Shown: one piece after another, positions 15,449-24,235 of the stretch
How positions within the stretch are numbered: position 1 is the first letter of the stretch
Layout of the letters: each line of letters starts with the position of its first letter
Assembly (NCBI GenBank): GCA_963822965.1
Contig: CAWGJT010000006.1
Span: forward strand, 96,001 to 160,000
DNA length: 64,000 nucleotides
Reading direction: 5' to 3'
Source of the DNA: an uncultured delta proteobacterium
Lineage (GTDB): Bacteria > Myxococcota_A > UBA9160 > UBA4427
The notes under the pieces: generated by a model
Told to the model about the DNA's origin: nothing
The model's database searches: none
What the model saw: only the letters and a program-made list of their open reading frames with translations
Program-made: the position numbers and the translations under genes

Positions 15449-15477
15449 AGATTACGCGAGCTTTCAAGGGGTGTCAA
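15449..15477 (-). promoter_or_regulatory. sigma-70-type promoter upstream of ilvC
   Basis: Minus strand TTGACA-17 nt-TAATCT in a locally AT-rich patch. Confidence 0.75.
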
Positions 15478-15513
15478 AACGCCCGCCGAGCGCGACCCCG
15501 CGAGCGGGTGGAA

Positions 15514-16421
15514 TCAGAACCGCACCCGACACTTGAGGCCCGCGGAGAGCGCACGGTCCGGATTCGGCAGCTCCAGGCGGACGCCGAAGGTGCCGCTGGC
15601 CGCGTCCACCACCCGGTCCACGACGGTGACCGTCGCGGGATACTCGCCCGCCCACGGGCTCCTCGGGCAGACACCATGCCCGTGGCGCCCGGCTCGATGC
15701 GGCCCAGCGCGGAGACCGGCGCGAACACCTCCACGCGCAGCGGGTCGATCTGGGCGAGCTCCAGGATCTGCGGCGGGTCGGCGTACTCGCCGGGATTCCG
15801 GATCACCTTCACGACCACGCCCTTGACGGTGCTGCGAAGGCTCCGCTGGGCGAGCGCGGCCTCGGCGCGCCGAAGCTCGAGCTTCGAGAGGGTCCGGTCC
15901 TCCCGGGCCTTGCGGACCGACGCCTCGGCGACGAGCCGGGCGCTCTCGATCTCCTCGAAGACGCCGTCGGACACCACGCCCTCGGTGCGCAGGTGCTCGT
16001 TGCGCTCCATGCGCCGCTTCTCGAACTCGAGCCGCGCCAGGCTGCCCTGCAGCTCGGCGTCCGCCGCCTGGCGCGCTCGCGCCATCTCCACCGTGGCCTT
16101 CTCCACGCCCGACTCGAGCGTGGCCACGAGCTGTCCCTCCTCGACGAAGTCGCCGCGTTCGACGAGCACCTCGTCGACGACCCCCACCACCGGTGCCGAG
16201 AGCACCACGTGACGCCGGGGCTCGAGCAGGCAGTCGAACTCGAGGGGCGCCTCGGCCACGCCGGGCAGCTCCTGGCCGGCCACAGGCGGTGCGGCCAGGA
16301 CGAGCCCGACCGACACGAGCACGGTGCCGGCGAGCCCGGCGAGCCATCGCCGCCGGATGCCACCGCGGCGCGGACGCCGGTCGCTTCGCGCGCTGCGTCG
16401 GCTGCGGGCCGTGGCGCGCAT
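15514..16421 (-). CDS. Periplasmic adaptor / membrane fusion protein (RND/HlyD type), frameshift near 15665
   Basis: Lipoyl half-motifs APVVGVVDEVLVERGDFVEEGQ and RSTVKGVV, coiled hairpin; C-terminus VDRVVDAASGTFGVRLELPN...GLKCRVRF in another frame. Confidence 0.85.
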
Positions 16422-16481
16422 CGCTCTCCTTCCATGGGGACCCTTGGGGCTGCTCGGGGCGCTTCGCGGACGGTCGTTCGG

Positions 16482-18529
16482 TCAATCGGGCCTCCCCGAG
16501 AAGGCGAGCAGGGTATCGAGTTGGTCGTCCATCTTCAGCAGGTCGCGCCGGATGCGGGCGTGCAGGCGTCCGGCCCGGCGCTGGGCCTGGGCCAGCGCGA
16601 CGCGCCCGGCGAGGCCGGCGAGGCGTGCCGGCGCGTACCGGACCGCACGCGCGAGCCGACCTCCGTGCACGCTGCAGAGCTCGTCCTCGAGCGAGACGAT
16701 GGCCTCGCAGCTCCCCGGGTCGCCCTGGCGCGCACAACGCCCGAAGAGCTGCCGATCGATGCGCGCCGAGTCGTGTCGCTCGGTGGCGAGCACGTGCAGA
16801 CCCCCGCACGCGGCGACGCCCTCCCCCAGCGCGATGTCGGTTCCGCGTCCGGCCATGTTCGTGGCCACGGTGACGCGGCCCGGCTCGCCGGCGCCCGCGA
16901 CGATGTCCGCCTCTTCCGCGTCCTGCCGCGCGTTCAGCACCCGATGCGGCACCCCGCGCGCGGCGAGCCGCGCCGACAGCTGCTCGGAGGCTGCCACCGA
17001 GCGCGTCCCGACGAGGACCGGCCGCTCCTCGGCGTGCAGCCCGGCGATGCGATCCGCGACCGCCTGCCACTTCGCCTCGCTGCTCGGGAGCACGCGCTCG
17101 CCGGCGAACGAGCGCCGACAGGGCCGGTGGGTGGGGATCGTCACCACCGCCAGCCGGTACGTGTTCCACAGCTCGGCGGCCACCTCGCGTCCGGTCCCGG
17201 TCATGCCCGCCAGACGCCGATAGCGCCGGAAGAAGCGCTGGTAGCTGATGCGCGCGCGAGCGTCCCGACGCCCGGTCAGCGAGACGCCCTCCTTGCGCTC
17301 GATCATCTGGTGCAGGCCGTGCTCCCAGGAGCGGTCCGGCATCAGCCGTCCCGTGTACTCGTCGACGATCTGCACCGCGTCGTCCACCACCAGATAGTGT
17401 TGATCGCGCTGGAAGAGGTGCAGGGCCGAGAGCGCCTGCCGCACCAGCTGCTCGCGCCTGCGCGGCCCCCGGAAGAGCCCACCCAGGGGCTCGAGCGTCT
17501 CCTGCAGCACCTGCGAGCCGGCTTCGGTGATGCGGACCTGCCGCTCGGACTCGTCGATCCGGAAGTGGAGCCCCTGCGCCAGCGACCGGGCCGCCGCCAC
17601 CGCGTGCCCGTAGACCTCTTCCTCGCCTGCGTCCTGGTTCTGCTCCGAGATGATGAGCGGCGTGCGCGCCTCGTCGATGAGGACGCTGTCGGCCTCGTCG
17701 ACGATCGCGAAGTGGAGCCCGCGGTGGATGAGCCGGGCGGCCCGCCCCGGCGCGCCGGACAGCTCCTCGAGCTGCAGGCTGCGCCGGCTCGGATGCCCCC
17801 CGAGCACGATGCGGTCCTTCAGGTAGTCGAACGCCACCTCCTTGTTGGTGCAGTAGGTGACGTCGCACGCATACGCCTCGCGGCGGGCGGCCGGCTCCAT
17901 GCCGGAGACGACGACCCCCACCGACAGGCCGAGCGCCGCGTAGACGGGCCCGAGATGCTCGGCGTCCCGCTGCGCCAGGTAGTCGTTCACCGTGATCACG
18001 TGCACGGGGACGCCCGCCAGCGCCGCCGTGCAAGCCGGCAGGGTGGCCGTGAGCGTCTTGCCCTCGCCGGTCTGCATCTCCGCGACCTGGCCCCGCAGCA
18101 GCACCCAGCCACCCATCAGCTGGACGTCGTAGTGGGCGGTGCCCAGGCTGCGACGCGCCACCTCCCGCACGATGGCGAAGCTTCGAGCCGCGACGTCGTC
18201 GCGATAGCCGAAGCGGGCGAGGCCACGCCGCAGCGTCCGAACCGCATCGTCGAGCGCCGCGGAGGACAGGGAGGCGAGGCCGTCGGCCTGCTCGTCCACC
18301 CGCGCCGGAACCCGGGCAAAGCCTCCTCCCCCCAGGACCGCTCGTGGAAGCGCCGAGCGAACGGCGAGACCGCCCGCAGCCCGAGCTCGTCGAGCTTCGA
18401 GAGCCGCTCCTCCTGGCGCTCGGGATAGGCGCCGCGCACCACGCCTCGCGAAAGCCCCTCGCGCGGGCAGCGAGGGTCCGCGTCCTGCGCCCTTGCGGCC
18501 CCGGTCGAGACGAGGGGCGCGCTAGACAT
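16482..18529 (-). CDS. Secondary, C-terminally truncated SecA-like DEAD ATPase, frameshift near 18300
   Basis: [55 protein letters not shown]; ends shortly after NBD2; ATG 18529 overlaps the upstream gene's end. Confidence 0.9.
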
Positions 18530-20669
18530 GGAACCGCGAAAGGAAGAGCTGCCGCAGGCGCCGGCTCCACTGGACACCCAGGGGCTCGTCGCCCAGATCG
18601 AAGCGGACGTAGACCCGGCCGCCCGCGTTGACGACCGCCTGGGAGGCCGGCACCGCGAGCTCCACCTCGAACATCCGCTGGACCGCCCGTTCGCCGCGCG
18701 GATCGCGGGGATCGACGGGCACGGCCCCTCCGCCGCCGCTCCCGAGCACGCTGCTCGGAAGGCGGTCGCTGGCGGCCGGCACCACGCGCACGACCTCGGC
18801 GTCGTGGATCGTGCCCAGATCCTGGGCCATCCGGACCACCGCGCGCCGCAGCCGGCGGCCGACGAGGTGGACGTCGTCCTGCGCGACGACGGCGCGCACG
18901 CTCACCGTGTCGAGATCCACCACGTGGGCCAGCAGCGTGCCCTGGGAGACGAAGCGTCCCGGCAGGTCGTCGGGGCGCTCCACCACGAAGTGCCCGCTCG
19001 CCCGGGCGCGGATGGCGAGCGCCGCGTGGCGTTCCTCGGCACGGGCCAGGCTCTGGCGCGCGTAGGCGAGCTCGTCCTCGCTGACCTGGGCCTCGAAGAT
19101 GTCCGCGGCGCGCAAGGCCGCGACGCGCGCCTCCAGCTCCTTCACCCGGGCCGCCAGCGAGACCCGGCGGGTCTCCAGCTCCGGGTCGGCGAGCTGGATG
19201 AGCAGATCCCCGGGCTCGACCCGGGCGCCGGGAGGCGCCACGACCGCCGACACGAAGCCCTCGCTCCCCGCACGGACGAAGGCCTCCTCGGGAATCCACA
19301 CGACGCCCTCGGCGCGGGCGCGCAAGGGAGCCGGAACGAACGCCAGGCCGCCGACGACGGCGATCGCGGCGCCGGCGCAGACCGCCACCGCCCGGGTGCG
19401 CACCGGGCGCAGCGAGGGCGACGTGAACAGGAAGCGCAGCCCCCGGTAGAGCGGAACCCCGATCCAGCCCACGCCCGCCGCGAGCCCCAGCAGCAGCCCG
19501 ACGAAGAAGAACTGGTCGAGGATCCACGTCAGGATCGCCACGACGATCAGCGTCCGGTACACGAAGGCCGCCACCGTGAAGCCCACGAGCCAGGGGCGCT
19601 CGCCCGGTGCGGTGTGGGGGGCCTCGGCCTCTCGATTGCCGAACAGGTAGCGCTCGGCGAGCCAGGCCACGAAGCGGCTGCCGCGGGTCCGCAGGTTCGG
19701 GATCTCCGTGAGGTCCGAAAGGATGTAGTAGCCGTCGAAGCGCAGGAGCGGGTTGGCGTTGAAGAGCAGCGTGGTCGCCCCGCCGATCAGCAGGACGTTG
19801 TAGGCCACCGCCCGGACGGCGCCGGGCTCGGCGCCGAGCCATACGTAGAAGGCGAGCGAGGCCAGGAAGACCTCCACGAGCATGCCGCCGGCGCCCACCA
19901 GGGCGCGCTGCATCTTGTTCGCGAAGGCCCACGACGCCGAGGCGTCCACGTAGGGCACCGGCGTGAACACCAGGAACATCACGCCCATGTCGTGGACCTG
20001 TCCGCCGAAGTGCTTCACGGCGATGCCGTGACCGAGCTCGTGCAGCAGCTTGAGCGCGGGGAAGACCAGCCAGATGGCGAGCAGGTTTCCCGGGGTGAAG
20101 AGCCGGTCGAGCACGTCCTGGCTGAGCTCGCTCCAGTGCACGCCGACGAGCACGGCGGCGGGCACCACGACCGCCAGCCAGAGGAGCGCCCCCAGCCAGC
20201 CGAAGAACGGCCGTACGAAGGGCTCCGCCGCCGTGAGGAAGCGCTCGGGGTCGGCCAGGTGCACCCGCACCGCGAAGGGGCTCGCCAGCTGCCCGCGCAG
20301 CTGCTGGGTCTCGTGTCGCCGGTTCCGCTCGAAGAGCTCGAGGGCGTCCGGCGGCACGTTCGCCTGCAGCATGTCCGCGGCGTGCAGCTCGCCCAGCAGG
20401 TGGATCAGCTCGTCCTGGGTGGGCGCTTCGTCGCCCAGGGCGTCGGCGGCGGCCCGCCAGAGCTCGTCCACCGTGCGGCGCCCGTCCATCCCCCCGATCA
20501 CGTGGTGGGCGCTCGGGGGGAAGCGATGAAAGCGCTCGTTGGCGGCGTCCTGCAGCACGTACCACACCTCGCCGCGGTACTGCTGCCGGTGGACGCGGGC
20601 GTGGGCGCGGAGCCGCGGCACCAGGTTCTTCACCCGGTACCAGGAACCGCTGAAGAGACTCTCGGACAT
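18522..20669 (-). CDS. PqqD/RRE-like domain + M50 metallopeptidase + HlyD-like fusion protein
   Basis: HELGH zinc motif, PYVDAS, NANPLLRFDGYY, multiple TMs, C-terminal lipoyl/coiled-coil MFP domain; ATG overlaps the upstream TGA. Confidence 0.88.
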   Translation of the reverse strand: MSESLFSGSWYRVKNLVPRLRAHARVHRQQYRGEVWYVLQDAANERFHRFPPSAHHVIGGMDGRRTVDELWRAAADALGDEAPTQDELIHLLGELHAADMLQANVPPDALELFERNRRHETQQLRGQLASPFAVRVHLADPERFLTAAEPFVRPFFGWLGALLWLAVVVPAAVLVGVHWSELSQDVLDRLFTPGNLLAIWLVFPALKLLHELGHGIAVKHFGGQVHDMGVMFLVFTPVPYVDASASWAFANKMQRALVGAGGMLVEVFLASLAFYVWLGAEPGAVRAVAYNVLLIGGATTLLFNANPLLRFDGYYILSDLTEIPNLRTRGSRFVAWLAERYLFGNREAEAPHTAPGERPWLVGFTVAAFVYRTLIVVAILTWILDQFFFVGLLLGLAAGVGWIGVPLYRGLRFLFTSPSLRPVRTRAVAVCAGAAIAVVGGLAFVPAPLRARAEGVVWIPEEAFVRAGSEGFVSAVVAPPGARVEPGDLLIQLADPELETRRVSLAARVKELEARVAALRAADIFEAQVSEDELAYARQSLARAEERHAALAIRARASGHFVVERPDDLPGRFVSQGTLLAHVVDLDTVSVRAVVAQDDVHLVGRRLRRAVVRMAQDLGTIHDAEVVRVVPAASDRLPSSVLGSGGGGAVPVDPRDPRGERAVQRMFEVELAVPASQAVVNAGGRVYVRFDLGDEPLGVQWSRRLRQLFLSRFHV

Positions 20670-22573
20670 CAGGGCAGCCAGCTCCACAGCGTCAGCCGCA
20701 GCCAGTCGACCACGTCGTGGGTCCAGATCCAGATCAGGCGCCGGCGATCGATCTCGATCTTGCCCACGCCCTCCATGCCGGGCTGCAGGTCGGCGGGTGT
20801 CTCGTCGAGGCTCGCCTCGACCCGGAACGTGTTTCGTCCCTCCCCGGCCGTGGAGACGGGCGTGATCTGCAGGACGGTGAACGCCAGGGGCTCGGCGGGA
20901 AACGCCGAGAAGATCAGGCTCCCCCGTTGTCCCACGGCGATCTCGTCGACGTCGCGCTCGTCCACCTGGAGGGCCACCCGGTACTCCTCGAGCGGCGCCA
21001 CCTCGTAGAGGAGCTGCCCGCGCTGCACGGGTGCGCCGAGCTGCTGGCTGAGGTCGCCCGTCACCACGATGCCCGCGAACGGCGCGCGCAGGACCATCTT
21101 GTCGAGCTGGTCCTCGACCAGGGACAGCTGCGCCCTCGCCTGCTCCATCTGGGCGCTGTAGATGCGGACCTCGGCGGCGTTTCGCTCGGCCATGGCCTGG
21201 CGGTACTGCTTGGTGACCTGCTCGAGCTGGCTCGCCCAGCGGCTGCGCTCGAGGCGGATCTCCCGGTCGTCGAGGGTCGCGAGCAGATCGCCCTGCGCCA
21301 CCCGGTCGCCGGCGCGCGCCGGGGCCTCGGCGACGAATCCGTCGAAGGGCGCTACCGCCGCCCGCAGCAGGCGCGCCTCGAGGATGGCGTCCGCCGTCAC
21401 GCGGTAGTCGGCGTGCAGCACGCAGAGCGCCAGCACGAGCAGCACCGCGGCGGCGGTGCCGAGCTTCAGCGCCACGTGCCGCGGGCCCACCAGACGCGTC
21501 CCGAGCTCGCGCGTCGCATCCAGCACCTTGGCGGGAAGCCAGCGGTCCTCGCGGCGTTGCACCTCGAGCAGCGGACCGGCGATGGAGACGGCGGTCTCGA
21601 TGCGACGGAGCTCGCTCGCGACGAAGGGACGGTCCCCCGACCGCTCCAGGGTCACCACGGCGCAGAAGCGATCGCCGTGGGCGACGGGAATCGAGCACGC
21701 GGTGCCCTCTCCCTCGTCCTCGCGCCCGCTCTCGCAGAGCTTCGCGTGACAGCGGGTGATGCGCGCGTCGTCGCCGGCCGGCGGCGGGTGCACGACGGTG
21801 CTCTCCTGGTCGAGGGCCTCCTCCATGGCCGCCTCGAGCGCCCGCACGAGATTGGCGCGCTCGCTGAAGAGCGCGCTGTGCGAGACGGCCTGGAGGCGCA
21901 CGCGCCCGCGCCACACGGAGCCGAAGGCGGCGCGGTCGCAATGGAAGCGGGCGGCCAGCTCGGTGACGAACGCCGTGGCCGCCGCGCGGAAGTGCTCGTG
22001 CTCGAGGGGCGTGGCGACGAGCTGCAGAACCTCGGCCGCCTCGGCCGCCGCCGCCGGACCCGAGCGCGCGCGGAGCGCGGCCAGTTCGAGCCAGCCCGTG
22101 CCCCAGGAGAGCTGCCGCAGCGCCTGCTCGAGCTGTACCGCGGGCCGCGGCGCCAGCTCCAGCACCACGGCGCCCCAGGCCTCGCCGTCCACCTCGACGG
22201 GCTGCGCGAGGCAGGTGCGCGAGACCGCATCGCGCCCCGGCAGCGGCTCCAGCTCGAGAGCCAGGGCGCGCCCCTCGACCAGGGCCTTCTCGGCTGCCTT
22301 CGCCAGCGCGCCGCTGGGAACCTCGCCCGCCGGCCAGGTCGCCCAGGTCGAGAGGACGTCGCTCTCCCGGCGTGCCAGCACCACGCCGCGGGTCACGTCG
22401 GGGATCCAGAGACACTGGAGCGCGAGCCAGCTCTCCGCGAAGGCCTCGGGCGTCTCCGCCCCGCGAAAGGCGGCCCACAAGGCGCGCAGGTCGGCGGCCG
22501 CTCCCGGGGGCCGCAGGGCACGCACGCTTCCCGCGGCGTTTCCCGTCGTGTCCAGGGAGTCGATGGAGGCCAC
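20669..22573 (-). CDS. GAF-domain + HlyD/MFP fusion protein
   Basis: N-terminal GAF-like regions (AMEEALDQ, CSIPV), one TM, APFDGFV...GDRVAQGDLL, RAPFAGIV, LQPGMEGVGKI. Confidence 0.85.
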   Translation of the reverse strand: MASIDSLDTTGNAAGSVRALRPPGAAADLRALWAAFRGAETPEAFAESWLALQCLWIPDVTRGVVLARRESDVLSTWATWPAGEVPSGALAKAAEKALVEGRALALELEPLPGRDAVSRTCLAQPVEVDGEAWGAVVLELAPRPAVQLEQALRQLSWGTGWLELAALRARSGPAAAAEAAEVLQLVATPLEHEHFRAAATAFVTELAARFHCDRAAFGSVWRGRVRLQAVSHSALFSERANLVRALEAAMEEALDQESTVVHPPPAGDDARITRCHAKLCESGREDEGEGTACSIPVAHGDRFCAVVTLERSGDRPFVASELRRIETAVSIAGPLLEVQRREDRWLPAKVLDATRELGTRLVGPRHVALKLGTAAAVLLVLALCVLHADYRVTADAILEARLLRAAVAPFDGFVAEAPARAGDRVAQGDLLATLDDREIRLERSRWASQLEQVTKQYRQAMAERNAAEVRIYSAQMEQARAQLSLVEDQLDKMVLRAPFAGIVVTGDLSQQLGAPVQRGQLLYEVAPLEEYRVALQVDERDVDEIAVGQRGSLIFSAFPAEPLAFTVLQITPVSTAGEGRNTFRVEASLDETPADLQPGMEGVGKIEIDRRRLIWIWTHDVVDWLRLTLWSWLP

Positions 22574-22618
22574 GGTGCGGAGTCTATCGCTTGTGGGGGA
22601 GGCGCGGCGCGGGGCGCA

Positions 22619-22924
22619 TCAGCGGCCGTCGGGCGCGGGTCGCTCGATGGCCAGCGCGCCGAAGCGGCGCTCGTAGTCGGCGATCGCTCCGTTCAGCAGG
22701 CGCGCCAGGCGCTTGGCCGCATAGGGGCTCAGGATCAGACGGTCCGAGACGCGGACCGTGACGGGCTGCCCCGCTCCCTTCCAGCCCTGGTTGGTTCCGA
22801 AGACGACCACCACCTCTTCGCGCGTGCTGGCGACGTTGCAGACGTTCGCGTAGGTGGTCCGCATCGCGGCGTCGTCCCAGACCACGCCCGGACGCGGGAT
22901 GGGCACCTCGTGACTCACGGCCAT
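22619..22924 (-). CDS. DUF3467-like small protein, copy 2
   Basis: WDDAAMRTTYANVCNVASTREEVVVVFG, RLILSPYAAKRL, YERRFG; GGAG RBS. Confidence 0.85.
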   Translation of the reverse strand: MAVSHEVPIPRPGVVWDDAAMRTTYANVCNVASTREEVVVVFGTNQGWKGAGQPVTVRVSDRLILSPYAAKRLARLLNGAIADYERRFGALAIERPAPDGR

Positions 22925-23102
22925 GATCGACTCTCCCGTCCTCTCCGCGGGCCCGGACCGAGCTCCGGGCGCGAGGGCACGTGGCCCTCCCGGATAGTGA
23001 CGCTGCGGGGACGGAAATGTCGGGAGCTGCGCACGCCCTGCCTGCGGACTGCGCAGCTCGCACGGCCGGACGCGCGTGACGGCAGCGGCCGACGACGACG
23101 CT

Positions 23103-23408
23103 TCAGTTCGTCTGCCCGGGCGGCGCCGAAGGCACCACGTCGAGCGCGCCGAAGCGGCTCTCGTACTGGGCGATCACGTTGGCGAGCAGCATGGACAGGC
23201 GCTTCGCCGCGAAGGGGCTCATGATGATGCGATCCGAGAGATCGACCGTCACCTCGGCCTCGTTTCCCTGCCAGGCCTGGTTCGTCCCGAAGAGCACGAT
23301 CACCTCTTCCCGGGTGCTCGAGACGTTGCACACGTTCGCATACGTGCTGCGCATGTCCGCGTCGTTCCAGACCACCTTCGGCGTCTTCGTCTTGGCTTGC
23401 TCTGCCAT
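23103..23408 (-). CDS. DUF3467-like small protein, copy 1
   Basis: WNDADMRSTYANVCNVSSTREEVIVLFG, RIIMSPFAAKRL, YESRFG; GAGGAG RBS before ATG 23408. Confidence 0.85.
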   Translation of the reverse strand: MAEQAKTKTPKVVWNDADMRSTYANVCNVSSTREEVIVLFGTNQAWQGNEAEVTVDLSDRIIMSPFAAKRLSMLLANVIAQYESRFGALDVVPSAPPGQTN

Positions 23409-23494
23409 GCGTTCTCCTCGTGGGTTCGAGCTCCTGGGAGCGAGGGCGGGCAGTATTCCACGTCGAGAGACCCGCGGAAAGCGGGCCGCGGTCG

Positions 23495-24228
23495 TCACAC
23501 CGGCTCTTCGACGCTCCGGGCCGTACGCGTCACCTCGGCTTCGGCACGACGCACGTAGCGGGGCGCGAGGTCGGGTGGTGCGGTCTCGTTGCGAAGGAGC
23601 CGCGCGATCGCCAGCCGCCCGACGCTGCCGGCGTCGGGCGCCGCCTGCTCCGGCGAACGTTCCTCGAGCCGGACCACGCGACCGCCCGCGCGGCGCCGGA
23701 GCTCCTCGCCATACAACAGCGCTCCCTCGCCCACCAGCCGGCAGCCCGAGGGCAGATGCGGCGCCAGCTCCGCCGGCGCGAAGAGCCCCTCCGCCAGGTC
23801 CACCCGCAGCGCCGAGACCTCGGGGACGAAGATCGCCGCGTACACCTCGCCACGACGCGCGTCGAGCAACGCCGCCACGGGATCGCGATCCCCGGGCGCG
23901 AGCGCGCCGAAGGCCAGGGCCTCCAGGGTCGGCACCGCGACGATCGGCCGCCCGGAGCCCAGGGCCACGCCCTTGGCCGTGGCGAGCCCCACCCGCAGGC
24001 TCGTGAACGAGCCGGGCCCGATGGAGACGCCGATGGCGTCCACGTCCGAGACCGGACGGCCGGCGTCTGCGAAGAGCGCGTCGAGCAGGGGCAGGATGCG
24101 CTCGGCGTGGTGCCCCTCGAGCGCGGGCCGGCGCAGCGCGATCGTTCGATCGCCCCTGGACGAGGGCGACGCTGAGCTGCGCGGTGGCCGACTCGATGGC
24201 CAGGACGAGCGGATCTCCCTCGGCTCAT
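23495..24228 (-). CDS. tsaB: tRNA threonylcarbamoyladenosine biosynthesis protein TsaB, 5' frameshifts
   Basis: SIGPGSFTSLRVG, VPTLEALA, DARRGEVY, PRYVRRAEAE. Confidence 0.9.
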
Positions 24229-24235
24229 GAGGAGG

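Noticed and set aside
16330..16421. Tat signal (IRRRWL) on the third MFP
   Set aside because: Arg-rich N-termini are common at this GC content (pssA has one too) and the start codon is uncertain.
16482..18529. Classical accessory SecA2/SecY2 system
   Set aside because: No secY2, asp or glycosyltransferase genes are present, the protein is much shorter, and its neighbours are MFPs.
15514..20565. 1683-aa ORF as giant secreted cargo
   Set aside because: It is an Arg/Ala/Gly/Pro-rich shadow frame of real genes. Only its last ~40 aa are the genuine MFP C-terminus.
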